DNA of 64,000 bases from Oscillospiraceae bacterium (GCA_017465745.1 JAFTVM010000005.1:20628-84627), one strand, 5' to 3'. Positions 21,041 through 30,660 are shown, counted from the first letter of the stretch. A program made the numbers and translations. Notes: generated by a model not told the origin, from the sequence alone.

Positions 21041-21604
21041 TTAAGCCTTGGAACGGCCCAGGTACTCGCCGGTGCGGGTGTCGATCTGGATCTTGTCGCC
21101 CTCGTTGATGAACAGGGGCACCTTGACCTCAGCGCCGGTCTCGACGGTGGCGGGCTTGGTGACGTTGGTGGCGGTGTTGCCGGCGAAGCCGGGCTCGGTG
21201 TCGGTGACCACCAGGTCAACAAAGTTGGGAGCTTCGACGCCGAAGACCTTGCCCTTGTAGCTCAGGACAGTGCAGGTGTCGTTCTCCTTGACGAACTTGA
21301 AGGAGTCGTCCAGGATGGAAGACTCGATGGGCTCCAGCTCGTAGGTCTCGCCGTCCATGAAGTAGTACAGCTCGCCGTCGTTGTAGGAGTACTCCATCTT
21401 GCGACGCTCGATGTAAGCGGTGGGGAACTTGGCAGAGGGGTTCAGGCTGGTTTCGGTCATGCCGCCGGTGATGACGTTCTTCATCTTAACGCGGACGAAA
21501 GCAGCACCCTTGCCGGGCTTAACGTGCTGGAACTCGACGACCTGCATAACCTTGCCGTCCAGCTCAAAGGTAACGCCGTTGCGAATATCGCCTGCAGAAA
21601 TCAT
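21041..21604 (-). CDS. efp: Elongation factor P
   Basis: [14 protein letters not shown] and KPATVETG...VPLFI...DTRTGEY. Confidence 0.98.
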   Translation of the reverse strand: MISAGDIRNGVTFELDGKVMQVVEFQHVKPGKGAAFVRVKMKNVITGGMTETSLNPSAKFPTAYIERRKMEYSYNDGELYYFMDGETYELEPIESSILDDSFKFVKENDTCTVLSYKGKVFGVEAPNFVDLVVTDTEPGFAGNTATNVTKPATVETGAEVKVPLFINEGDKIQIDTRTGEYLGRSKA

Positions 21605-21714
21605 AGTAATATCCTCCTAAATTGCTCTCCCTTGCGGGAAATAGTATTGGTTATACGTTAGCTGATATATTCTACCCCAAAATGACAGACATTTCAAGGG
21701 GTAATCCAAAAATA

Positions 21715-22776
21715 TTACAGAATAATGAGATTTTTCGGGCTGGTGGCCAGATTTTCGTAGCCTTCAGCGGTATAGATCACGCAGTCCTCAATGCGCACAC
21801 CGAAACGGCCGGGCAGATAGATGCCGGGCTCGGCGGAGCAGACCGCATGCAGGGGGATGGGATTGGGATTGAAGGCGTTGGGATTGGGGCTTTCATGGAT
21901 CTCCAGACCCAGAGAGTGGCCGTAGCCGTGGCCGAAGTAGGGGCCGTAGCCGGCGTCCTCGATGACCTTGCGGGCGGCGGCGTCAATATCCTGGCCGGGC
22001 ACACCGGCACGGGTAGCGGCCAGGCCTGCCTTCTGGGCTTCCAGGACGGTGTAATACACCTTTTCCATCTCCTCCGTCACATGGCCCACCGCCACGGTAC
22101 GGGTCATGTCGGAGCAGTAACCGTTGTACAGCACGCCGAAATCCATGGTGATGAAATCGCCCGCCTGGATCTTCCGCTCACCGGCCACGCCGTGGGGCAG
22201 GCTGGTGTTGGGACCGGAGACCACAATGGGGTCGAAGCTCAGGCCGTGGGCGCCGTTCTTATACATGCAGTAAATTAGCTCTGCCTGAAGCTCCAGCTCG
22301 CTCATGCCCACCTTCACCCGGGGCAGCACCTGTTCAAAAGCCTTGTCAGCGATCTGCTGGGCGCGGCGCATATTATCCAGCTCCCAGTCCTCCTTGACGG
22401 CACGGAAGCCGTAAATCTTTGCATTGAAGGGCACCAGCTTGGCGTTCAGTGCCTTCTCATAGCGCTGCAGCTCGGCAACGGTCAGGTAAATTTCCTCATA
22501 GCCCAGGGTGGTGACGCCAAAATCCGCGATGGCGTCATTCAGGCGCTTGGGATAGCCCACGCCGGCGATATCCAGGACCTCGAAGCCCTTGATGCCATTC
22601 TGGGCAGATTCAATGTAACGGCTGTCGGTGAAGTAGCGGCAGCCATTCTTGGTGACGATGGCGACGCCCTCGGCGATGTCGAACTCCGCGCCGTAATGGC
22701 GGCTGTAGCGGGAGGTCAGCAGCAGGCCGTCCACCTCGCCGTCCAGCAGGGACAGATACTTTTCAATGTTCTTCAT
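21715..22776 (-). CDS. Xaa-Pro aminopeptidase/dipeptidase (M24B)
   Basis: DFG...YCSDMTRT, HGYGHSLGLEIHE, EPGIY and GVRIED. Confidence 0.93.
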   Translation of the reverse strand: MKNIEKYLSLLDGEVDGLLLTSRYSRHYGAEFDIAEGVAIVTKNGCRYFTDSRYIESAQNGIKGFEVLDIAGVGYPKRLNDAIADFGVTTLGYEEIYLTVAELQRYEKALNAKLVPFNAKIYGFRAVKEDWELDNMRRAQQIADKAFEQVLPRVKVGMSELELQAELIYCMYKNGAHGLSFDPIVVSGPNTSLPHGVAGERKIQAGDFITMDFGVLYNGYCSDMTRTVAVGHVTEEMEKVYYTVLEAQKAGLAATRAGVPGQDIDAAARKVIEDAGYGPYFGHGYGHSLGLEIHESPNPNAFNPNPIPLHAVCSAEPGIYLPGRFGVRIEDCVIYTAEGYENLATSPKNLIIL

Positions 22777-23276
22777 TTGGTGATTCTCCTTTTTCCGGCT
22801 GCGAAAATGAAGGGAAGCTCAGCCACATGGCGCAGCTTCAGCCAGATATTGTGATTGTCGATGGCTTTGACCAGGATGGGGGTGACCCCGGCATTGTTGG
22901 CGCCCAGGGTGTCGGTGAAGATCTGGTCGCCCACCAGGGCGGCGTTCTTCGGTTCGACGCCAAATTTCGCCAGGCACGCCCGGATACCCCGGGTGCCGGG
23001 CTTTTTCGCCCGGGTGATGACGGGGATGCCGTACTTACCGCAGAAGATCTTCACACGGTCGTTGCGGCTGTTGGACACCACGCAGATGGCAATGTCGGAG
23101 GCAAGCATCATGGTCAGCCACTGCTCCATCTTTTCCGTGGGGACATCCGTGGTATAGGGGACGATGGTATTGTCGAAATCCATCATCAGCAGCCGGATGT
23201 TGCGGCTGCGCAGCAGCTCCGGGCTCAGGTCCGTCAGTTCATCGGTAATGAGACCGGGCAGAAGAGAAAAGGACAT
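22773..23276 (-). CDS. yqeG: YqeG-family HAD IIIA phosphatase
   Basis: DFDNTI, VSN, AKKP and VGDQIFTD motifs. Confidence 0.88.
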   Translation of the reverse strand: MSFSLLPGLITDELTDLSPELLRSRNIRLLMMDFDNTIVPYTTDVPTEKMEQWLTMMLASDIAICVVSNSRNDRVKIFCGKYGIPVITRAKKPGTRGIRACLAKFGVEPKNAALVGDQIFTDTLGANNAGVTPILVKAIDNHNIWLKLRHVAELPFIFAAGKRRITK

Positions 23277-23336
23277 AGTGATCCCCACGCTTTCATAAGA
23301 TTGGTTAGATTATATCATGAACGGGGGAATTTGTCC

Positions 23337-24035
23337 ATGGTTTTGCCGCTTTATCTTGCCATGACGGCCCGGGAAATGGCGGATGCGGACACACCGCCCC
23401 CGCATTTCGGGTGGATGGCCTGCCATTTTGATCCGGATGGCCCCGGACTGCGGGATATCCCCGAAGCCATGCCCCCGGGTGCCATGCTGATCCTGAACGA
23501 CCGCGTCCCCTGCCGCGGACATGATCCGGCGCGGATCGCCGCGGAATTGGCGGAGGCAGCCGCACGGCTGCGGTGTGACAGCGTACTGCTGGATTTCGAG
23601 CGGGAGCCGGACGAAAATTCAGGAATGGTTGCGCACGCACTTTTTGAGGCGCTCCCCTGCCCTGTGGCGGCTCCGCCGGGTTTCTCCGAACATTCAGACC
23701 GTCCCGTTTTTCTCCCGCCCTGCCCCCTCCACGTCCCTCTGGCGAAGCACCTTTGTCCCTGGCAGGGTCGGGAGATATGGCTGGACGTGACACGGCAGCA
23801 GCAGACCATCACTGTTACCCCGGACGGAACGCAGTACCTCCCCGCCGTTTCCACGGACAGGCCGGACGGAGGGCGCTTTGATGAAACACTTCTGTGTCAA
23901 TATCTGACGGATATCACCGCAGATGAAGTGACATTCACCCTCTTCGACACCCCGGAAACGCTGAAACAAAAGCTGCGCCATGCCGCGTCCCTGGGGGTAG
24001 TCCGCACAGTGGGATTATTTCAGGAGCTGAAATAA
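23337..24035 (+). CDS. Hypothetical protein (possible degenerate GH18-like barrel)
   Basis: GGGGG RBS and ATG 23337 (MVLPLYLAMT...); DSVLLDFE motif; terminator downstream. Confidence 0.65.
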   Translation: MVLPLYLAMTAREMADADTPPPHFGWMACHFDPDGPGLRDIPEAMPPGAMLILNDRVPCRGHDPARIAAELAEAAARLRCDSVLLDFEREPDENSGMVAHALFEALPCPVAAPPGFSEHSDRPVFLPPCPLHVPLAKHLCPWQGREIWLDVTRQQQTITVTPDGTQYLPAVSTDRPDGGRFDETLLCQYLTDITADEVTFTLFDTPETLKQKLRHAASLGVVRTVGLFQELK

Positions 24036-24062
24036 AAAATCCTCCCCATACGGGGAGGATTC
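24034..24062. terminator. Terminator between convergent genes
   Basis: AAAAAATCCTCCCC-ATAC-GGGGAGGATT. Confidence 0.8.
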
Positions 24063-24064
24063 TG

Positions 24065-25954
24065 TCAGATGTACATTTCTTCCTTTTTCTTCTGGTAACG
24101 GTAAGTAGGCACAATCCGGCTGACCAGCTCGCAGATCCGGTCGCTCTCTTCCTTGCTGGCTTCGTCCAGCTCATGAAGCTGCGCCCGGAACCAGCCGTCG
24201 TCCATTTCGATGGGGCAGCCAATGTGGATCAGCTTGTTTTCCGTTTCCTTCATGCCCTCTTCGTCCATCAGCAGTTCCTCGAAGAGCTTCTCGCCGGGCC
24301 GGAGGCCGGTGTAAACGATCTTGATGTCCACATCGGGCTTATAGCCGGACAGGCGGATCAGATTGCGGGCCATATCGTCGATCTTTACGGGATCGCCCAT
24401 GTCCAGCACGAAGATCTCGCCGCCCTTTGCATAATAGGACGCCTGCAGCACCAGGGACACCGCCTCAGGGATGGTCATGAAGTAGCGGATGATCCGCTTG
24501 TCCGTAACCGTAACGGGACCACCCTCGGCGATCTGCTGCTTGAACAGGGGGATGACACTGCCGTTGCTGCCCAGGACGTTGCCAAAACGCACAGCCACGA
24601 AACTGGTGGTGGGTGTCTGACGGTCCATCATCTGCACCACCATCTCACACAGCCGCTTGGAGGCGCCCATAATATTGGTGGGGTTGACCGCCTTGTCCGT
24701 GGAGATCAGAACGAACTTTTTCACCCCGCAGCAGGCAGCCGCCTGGGCAGTCTTGTAGGTGCCGATGACATTGTTCTTGATCGCCTCGTTGGGGCTATCC
24801 TCCATCAGGGGCACATGCTTGTGGGCTGCGGCGTGGAAGACAATATCGGGATGGTATGTCCGCATGACATAGTTGATACGGTTGGTATTGCGGACAGAAC
24901 CGATCAGTGCCGTCATGTCCAGCTCCGGATGGCTGCGCTTGAGCTCCTGCTGGATGGCATAGGCGTTATTCTCGTAGATGTCGAAGATCACCAGCTTTTG
25001 GGGGCCGGCCTTCGCGATCTGACGGCACAACTCGCTGCCGATGCTGCCGCCGCCGCCGGTGACCAGGACCACCTTGCCGGCAATGGAATCCAGGATCTCG
25101 TCATTGTTGACCTGAACCTGTTCGCGGCCCAGCAGATCGGTGATGTCCACGTCCCGCAGCTTGGTCACACTGACTTCATTATTCACCAGCTGATAAATGC
25201 CGGGGATGGTCTGCAGCTTGCAGCCGGTCTCCTTGCAGATGTTCAGGATCGCGGTGCGCTCCTCCGCCGTGGCGGTGGGAATGGCGAATATAATATGGGT
25301 GATCCGGCATTTTTCGGCCAGACGGACAATATCATGACGGTTTCCCGCGATCAGTACGCCCTCGATGATCCGGTTGCGTTTGTTGGGATTGTCATCGATG
25401 ACGCAGCAGACTCTGCCGCGGATACGGACAGAGGCATGCAGCTCCTTGATGACCATCTGTCCGGCATTGCCGGCGCCGATAACCATGATCCGCTTTCCCT
25501 TTTCATCCCGGCCCGGGCCCACCTGACGCACCAGGATCCGCGCCATACGATAGCCGAACCGGACAACACAGGTGCCGCAGAAATTCAGGATGATGCCCAT
25601 GACGTAGCAGGAGCGGGGCAGCTTCACGCCGCCGATCCAGATGATCAGCAGGTACACCGGAAGCAGCACTACATACGTCAGCACGATCATCTCCAGCTCC
25701 GCCACACTGACCTGGCTCCAGATGCTGTGGTACAGCCTGCACACCCAGAATACAGCCACGGTGGCAAGGATCCAGACGGGCAGAAACTGTGCAAACCCAT
25801 CGATAAACTCTCTGGGGATCGCATCCAGGTGGAATTCAAAGCGCAGAACCAGCGCAAACAGATAGGAGAAAAAAATATTCACGGCATCGAGCAGCATCAG
25901 CGCCGCGACGCGGATCTTCCATTCCCTGTTTCCCTTGTATGTTATAGTATCCAT
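24065..25954 (-). CDS. capD: CapD/PglF-type membrane-bound UDP-sugar 4,6-dehydratase
   Basis: Four TM helices, GGGGSIGSE, HAAAHKHVP, STDKAVNPTNIMGASK and RFGNVLGSNGSV. Confidence 0.92.
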   Translation of the reverse strand: MDTITYKGNREWKIRVAALMLLDAVNIFFSYLFALVLRFEFHLDAIPREFIDGFAQFLPVWILATVAVFWVCRLYHSIWSQVSVAELEMIVLTYVVLLPVYLLIIWIGGVKLPRSCYVMGIILNFCGTCVVRFGYRMARILVRQVGPGRDEKGKRIMVIGAGNAGQMVIKELHASVRIRGRVCCVIDDNPNKRNRIIEGVLIAGNRHDIVRLAEKCRITHIIFAIPTATAEERTAILNICKETGCKLQTIPGIYQLVNNEVSVTKLRDVDITDLLGREQVQVNNDEILDSIAGKVVLVTGGGGSIGSELCRQIAKAGPQKLVIFDIYENNAYAIQQELKRSHPELDMTALIGSVRNTNRINYVMRTYHPDIVFHAAAHKHVPLMEDSPNEAIKNNVIGTYKTAQAAACCGVKKFVLISTDKAVNPTNIMGASKRLCEMVVQMMDRQTPTTSFVAVRFGNVLGSNGSVIPLFKQQIAEGGPVTVTDKRIIRYFMTIPEAVSLVLQASYYAKGGEIFVLDMGDPVKIDDMARNLIRLSGYKPDVDIKIVYTGLRPGEKLFEELLMDEEGMKETENKLIHIGCPIEMDDGWFRAQLHELDEASKEESDRICELVSRIVPTYRYQKKKEEMYI

Positions 25955-26011
25955 AAAAGTCCCTCATTTCCGGAAAGGCAGCCATTCCCGGTCAAATCTC
26001 TCCGACTTTCT

Positions 26012-26040
26012 ATAATACCGTTTTCAGCGGTTTTTGTCAA
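26012..26040 (-). promoter_or_regulatory. Putative sigma-A promoter of the capD-like gene
   Basis: Minus strand TTGACA-17 nt-TATTAT. Confidence 0.7.
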
Positions 26041-26102
26041 CAAAGTTAACAGAATTAACTCAAAACCCAGCAAAGTTAACTTTATTAACACGAAAAAGTA
26101 AC

Positions 26103-26133
26103 AAAAAACCGCCCTGCTTTCGCAGGACGGTTT
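26103..26133 (-). terminator. rpsU terminator
   Basis: Minus strand AAACCGTCCTGC-GAAA-GCAGGGCGGTTTTTT. Confidence 0.85.
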
Positions 26134-26155
26134 GTTGCGCATTTGTCAAGAGGGA

Positions 26156-26338
26156 TTAATAGAACTTTCTCTTGTTCTTACGGGCAGCTTCGGACTTCTG
26201 CTTACGCTTCAGGCTGGGGCTGACGTAATGCTCGCGCTTCTTAACTTCAGCGATAACGCCCTCCTTGGCGCAGCTCCGCTTGAAGCGGCGCAGAGCGCTC
26301 TCCAGAGATTCGTTCTCCTTGACGCGAATTTCAGACAT
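26156..26338 (-). CDS. rpsU: 30S ribosomal protein S21
   Basis: [21 protein letters not shown]...REHYVSPS. Confidence 0.98.
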   Translation of the reverse strand: MSEIRVKENESLESALRRFKRSCAKEGVIAEVKKREHYVSPSLKRKQKSEAARKNKRKFY

Positions 26339-26480
26339 TGTTTTCCCTCCCCTCAAAAGCATCCGGTTATTTCCAGGATGCGTTCAGGGCCACATACTGG
26401 CTTGATACATTATAAATGCCGTTTCGTGGTTTGTCAAGAAATAATTCTGAAATTTTTCAAAAAATATTGCAGAAAAAGAA

Positions 26481-28904
26481 TTACTTCACGATTAGGTTGA
26501 CCAGCTTGTTCTTGACCACGATGGTCTTGCGGATCTGGCCGCCCTGCTTTTCCAGGAACCTGGCGATCTTCTCGTTGGCAACGACGTTGGCAACGACGGT
26601 GTCGTTGTCCAGGTCGGCCTCCATCAGCACGGTACCGCGCATCTTGCCGTTGACCTGAACGGCAATGTTGATCTCGGTGTCCTTGCACTTGGCCTCGTCA
26701 TAGGTAGGCCAGCTCTCGTAGGCGATGGTATTGTCATGGCCCATGATCTGCCAGATCTCCTCGCCCACATGGGGGGTGATGCAGGAAATCATCTTGATGA
26801 AGCCCTCGGCGTACTCACGGGGGCAGGTGCCGGCCTTGTAGACCTCGTTGACGAAGACCATCATCTGGGCGATGGCGGTGTTGAAGCCCAGGGCCTCAAA
26901 GTCGGAGGTGACCTTCTTGACGGTCTGGTGGTAGATCTTGGTCAGCTTGCCGTCGTCGGTGTCGGTGAGGTTCTGGCTCTCGGTGAAGAAGTTCCACACA
27001 CGGTTGATGAACTTCTTGGCGCCGGCCACAGCGGTGGTGGACCAGGGCTTGGAGACCTCCAGGGGACCCATGAACATCTCGTACAGGCGCAGGGTATCGG
27101 CGCCGTACTCCCGGACAACGTCACTGGGGTTGACCACGAACTCAGGGAAGCGCTTGCCCATCTTGATGCCGTTCTCACCCAGGATCATGCCCTGGTGGAC
27201 CAGCTTCTTGAAGGGCTCCTTCACGGGGGACAGGCCCTGGTCGTACAGGAAGCGGTTCCAGATCCGGGAGTAGATCAGGTGACCGACCGCGTGCTCGGGA
27301 CCGCCCACATACAGGTCGACGGGCATCCAGTGCTTCAGCAGCTCAGGATCACAGAACTGCTTGTCGTTCTTGGGATCGATGTAGCGCATGAAGTACCAGG
27401 AGGAACCGGCGGAGCCGGGCATGGTGGAGGTTTCCCGCAGACCCTTCAGGCCGCCACAATCGTAATGCTTCCACTCCTCGGCGTTCTCCAGGGGAGCCTT
27501 GCCGCCGCGGCCCTTGTAGTCCTCCAGGACAGGCAGCACCAGGGGCAGCTCCTCATCGGGCAGGAAGTGAGTCTCGCCGTCTTCGGTGTAGACGCAGGGA
27601 ACGGGCTCGCCCCAGTAGCGCTGACGGGCGAAGATCCACTCACGGAAGTGGTAGTTGTTCTTTCTGCGGGCCACGCCTGCGGCTTCCAACTTGCAGGTGA
27701 TGGCTTCCTTGGCTTCCTCAACGGTCAGGCCGGTGAACTCCTCGGAATTGACCAGCTTGCAGCCCTTGCCCAGGTAATCCTGCTTCTCGAAGGCGCACTC
27801 GGACACGTCGCGGCCCTCGATGACCTGGATCATGGGGATGTTGTGGGCAACAGCGTACTCGAAGTCACGCTGGTCGTGGCTGGGAACTGCCATGACGGCG
27901 CCGGTGCCGTAATTGCCCAGGACGAAGTCGCCGATGAACACGGGAACTTCCTTGCCGTTGACGGGGTTGATGGCGTAAACGCCCTTCAGGGGGCAGCCGG
28001 TCTTGGTCTTGGAAGCGTCGGTGCGGTCGATCTCGCTCTTCTTGGCAGCTTCAGCGATGTAAGCGTCCACTTCGGCCCGATTCTCGACGCGATCCAGCAG
28101 GGACTGGGTGATCTTGCCGTCGGGGGCCAGGACCATGAAGGTGATGCCGTAGATGGTCTCGATGCAGGTGGTGTAGATGGAGAACTGACCGCCGCCCACC
28201 AGCTGGAAGTCCACTTCCACGCCGGTGGACTTGCCGATCCAGTTGCGCTGGATCTCCTTAGTGGATTCGGGCCAGTCGATCTCCTCCAGACCCTCCAGCA
28301 GCTTTTCAGCGAAGGCGGGCTGGTCGATGACCCACTGCATCATCATCTTCTTGACCACGGGATAGCCGCCGCGCTCGGACTTGCCGTCGATGACCTCGTC
28401 GTTGGCCAGGACGGTGCCCAGCTCTTCACACCAGTTGACGGGCATCTCAATGCGCTTGGCGTAACCTGCCTCCCACAGCTTCTTGAAGATCCACTGGGTC
28501 CACTTATAGAAGTCGGGATCGGAGGTGGCGATGCACTTGGACCAGTCGTAGTCGAAGCCCAACTCCTTCAGCTGGCCGGAGAAGGTACCGATGTTCTTCT
28601 CGGTGAAGCCGGCGGGATGGTTGCCGGTATCGACGGCGTACTGCTCAGCAGGCAGACCGAAGGAGTCGTAGCCCATGGGGTGCAGCACGTTGTAGCCCTG
28701 CATGCGCTTCATGCGGGACATGATATCGGTGGCGGTGTAGCCCTCGGGATGGCCGGCATGCAGGCCGACACCGGAGGGGTACGGGAACATATCCAGCACA
28801 TAGTACTTGGGCTTGGAGAAGTCCCACACGTCCGTATGGAAGGTATCGTTTTCCTCCCAATACTTGTGCCATTTCTTTTCAATGGCGGAAAAATCGTAGT
28901 TCAT
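26481..28904 (-). CDS. leuS: Leucine--tRNA ligase
   Basis: MFPYPSG, HAGH, GTGAVMAVPSHDQRD editing motif, RQRYWG and QVNGK; the KMSKS position reads KMGKR. Confidence 0.97.
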   Translation of the reverse strand: MNYDFSAIEKKWHKYWEENDTFHTDVWDFSKPKYYVLDMFPYPSGVGLHAGHPEGYTATDIMSRMKRMQGYNVLHPMGYDSFGLPAEQYAVDTGNHPAGFTEKNIGTFSGQLKELGFDYDWSKCIATSDPDFYKWTQWIFKKLWEAGYAKRIEMPVNWCEELGTVLANDEVIDGKSERGGYPVVKKMMMQWVIDQPAFAEKLLEGLEEIDWPESTKEIQRNWIGKSTGVEVDFQLVGGGQFSIYTTCIETIYGITFMVLAPDGKITQSLLDRVENRAEVDAYIAEAAKKSEIDRTDASKTKTGCPLKGVYAINPVNGKEVPVFIGDFVLGNYGTGAVMAVPSHDQRDFEYAVAHNIPMIQVIEGRDVSECAFEKQDYLGKGCKLVNSEEFTGLTVEEAKEAITCKLEAAGVARRKNNYHFREWIFARQRYWGEPVPCVYTEDGETHFLPDEELPLVLPVLEDYKGRGGKAPLENAEEWKHYDCGGLKGLRETSTMPGSAGSSWYFMRYIDPKNDKQFCDPELLKHWMPVDLYVGGPEHAVGHLIYSRIWNRFLYDQGLSPVKEPFKKLVHQGMILGENGIKMGKRFPEFVVNPSDVVREYGADTLRLYEMFMGPLEVSKPWSTTAVAGAKKFINRVWNFFTESQNLTDTDDGKLTKIYHQTVKKVTSDFEALGFNTAIAQMMVFVNEVYKAGTCPREYAEGFIKMISCITPHVGEEIWQIMGHDNTIAYESWPTYDEAKCKDTEINIAVQVNGKMRGTVLMEADLDNDTVVANVVANEKIARFLEKQGGQIRKTIVVKNKLVNLIVK

Positions 28905-28923
28905 TGGTTGACACCTCTTAAAA

Positions 28924-29018
28924 CAGTTGAGAATTGACAGTTGACAGTTGACAGTTTTTCAATCAATCGGCAGTGCCGATACCATAACTGTCCACTGTAC
29001 ACTATCCACTGTCAACTG
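28924..29018. repeat. Heptamer (CAGTTGA)n inverted-repeat hairpin
   Basis: Two 33-nt arms of 7-bp units enclose an inner ATCGGCA-G-TGCCGAT palindrome. Confidence 0.85.
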
Positions 29019-29027
29019 AGAATGATT

Positions 29028-29393
29028 TTATTCTTCGACAACAATATCGGTCAGGTCCACGACCTCGGCATCGGCCCACAGCCGCTCCAGGTCATAGAAC
29101 TTTCTTGCCTCGTCGGTAAAGACGTGAACAACAACGGAGCCAAAGTCCAGCAGTTCCCAGGTGTTGCCCCGGTGGCCTTCACGGCCCAGCATCGGCTCGC
29201 CCAGCACATCCACCATGGTATACTCGGCGTAGTCGCACAGGGTCTTGACATGGGTGTTGGAGGTACCGGTGCAGATCAGGAAATAGTCGGCCAGGCTGCT
29301 GACCTTGTCGATGCGCAGCAGCTTGATGTCGATACCCTTCTTGGAGTCCAGGGCTTTGGTAACTTCCAGAGCCACTTCAGTTGCAGTTAACAT
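29028..29393 (-). CDS. rsfS: Ribosome silencing factor
   Basis: LDSKKG, ADYFLICTG, WELLDFGSVVVHVF and RKFYDLERLW. Confidence 0.96.
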   Translation of the reverse strand: MLTATEVALEVTKALDSKKGIDIKLLRIDKVSSLADYFLICTGTSNTHVKTLCDYAEYTMVDVLGEPMLGREGHRGNTWELLDFGSVVVHVFTDEARKFYDLERLWADAEVVDLTDIVVEE

Positions 29394-29410
29394 AATATTA
29401 CATTCCTTTC

Positions 29411-30595
29411 TTAGGAAATTCGGTTGTTCAGGTATGCCAGGGCTTCCCGGGATTCGGCGGAGACTTCATTTCCCTGCCGGGCCAGGTGCTCCAGGGTCAT
29501 TTCCAGGCCCAGCTTCAGCGCGGCGTCGATATCGGAGTAGGCCAGCTCCCGCAGCTTCTCCACGCCGGGGAAATCCCGGCAGGGCTCCATATAGTCCGCC
29601 ACATAGATGATCTTCTCCAGCATGCCCATGTTGGCTCGGCCGGTGGTATGGTGGCAGATAGCGGTGACCACTGCCTCATTTTCCCCGAAGATCTTCTGGG
29701 CCACCAGACTGCCTGTGAGGGCATGGAGGGTCTTGGGGTATTTTCTGGAAAAATCGCTTAATATTTTACCATAGGCAGCACACAATGTCAATTGCAGGGG
29801 GCCGTCCAGAACCTTGGTGATGTCGTGGAGGATGCCTGCCCGGGCGGCGTCCGTGACGTTCTCGCCCCAGTGGGCAGCCATCTTCACCGCCGTGTCCCGG
29901 CAGCCCAGCACATGAGCCACCCGGTTGGGGTGCAGCAGCCGGATCACGATGGGCTCCAGTTCCTCCATGGGGAGATTCTTCCACTGGGCGTTGGTGTCGT
30001 AAAGACCATGCTCCCGGATGTAGTCTCCCACACCGGCGGGCAAAAATTCGTCAGCGGCATGGAACGCCAGCAGCCGGCGCAGCTGGGTGGAGGAAATATT
30101 GATGACATTGTTTTCCACCAGGGTAACGTTTGCACCCTTGGCTTCCAGCTTCTCCTTCTGGGCCAGGATCTTTTCCTGTTCGCCCTTTTCCCCCCGGTAG
30201 AAAACGCCGAGAGAAGCCATTTCCATGATCTTCTCCGGCTCTTTCCAGGTCTCAAAGGAGAGGAACATATCGGTGCCCATCAGCAGCGTCAGCTCTGCCC
30301 CGGGATAAAGATCCCGCAGGCCCTCCAGGGTCAGGTAGGTATAGCTGACGCCCTCACGCCGCAGCTCGATATCCGACGGCCGGATCTTCTCCTCCCCTGC
30401 CAGGGCGATCCGGAGCATTTCCAGACGCTGATCGGGGGTGGGTGAGCCTGCCGGGATCTGCTTGTGGGGCGCGATCCGGTCCGGGATCATCAGCAGCTCG
30501 TCCAGGCCGAGGATCTCCACTGCCTGCTTTGCCGCCTGAAGGTGGCCGGTATGGGGCGGATTGAAGGTTCCGCCGTAAATGCCGATCTTTTTCAT
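29411..30595 (-). CDS. nadD: NadD (nicotinate-nucleotide adenylyltransferase) fused to a YqeK HD-domain Ap4A hydrolase
   Basis: GGTFNPPHTGH and ISST, followed by RVAHVLG, LHDITK, HHTTG and ADYMEP. Confidence 0.92.
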   Translation of the reverse strand: MKKIGIYGGTFNPPHTGHLQAAKQAVEILGLDELLMIPDRIAPHKQIPAGSPTPDQRLEMLRIALAGEEKIRPSDIELRREGVSYTYLTLEGLRDLYPGAELTLLMGTDMFLSFETWKEPEKIMEMASLGVFYRGEKGEQEKILAQKEKLEAKGANVTLVENNVINISSTQLRRLLAFHAADEFLPAGVGDYIREHGLYDTNAQWKNLPMEELEPIVIRLLHPNRVAHVLGCRDTAVKMAAHWGENVTDAARAGILHDITKVLDGPLQLTLCAAYGKILSDFSRKYPKTLHALTGSLVAQKIFGENEAVVTAICHHTTGRANMGMLEKIIYVADYMEPCRDFPGVEKLRELAYSDIDAALKLGLEMTLEHLARQGNEVSAESREALAYLNNRIS

Positions 30596-30608
30596 TAGGT
30601 CCCTCCTC

Positions 30609-30658
30609 TTTGAACTTTTTCACTCTTCTTTTCTCACTTTTCACACAGTGGTGAAAAG
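30609..30658. repeat. Degenerate heptamer tandem repeat (TTTTCAC-like) with a short inverted arm
   Basis: TTTTCAC TCTTCTT TTCTCAC TTTTCAC acagtg GTGAAAAG. Confidence 0.55.
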
Positions 30659-30660
30659 AA

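Noticed and set aside
28905-29027. T-box riboswitch upstream of leuS, or a CRISPR-like array
   Set aside because: No GGTGGNACCGCG antiterminator motif, and the region is too short. The repeats are 7-bp tandem units without spacers.
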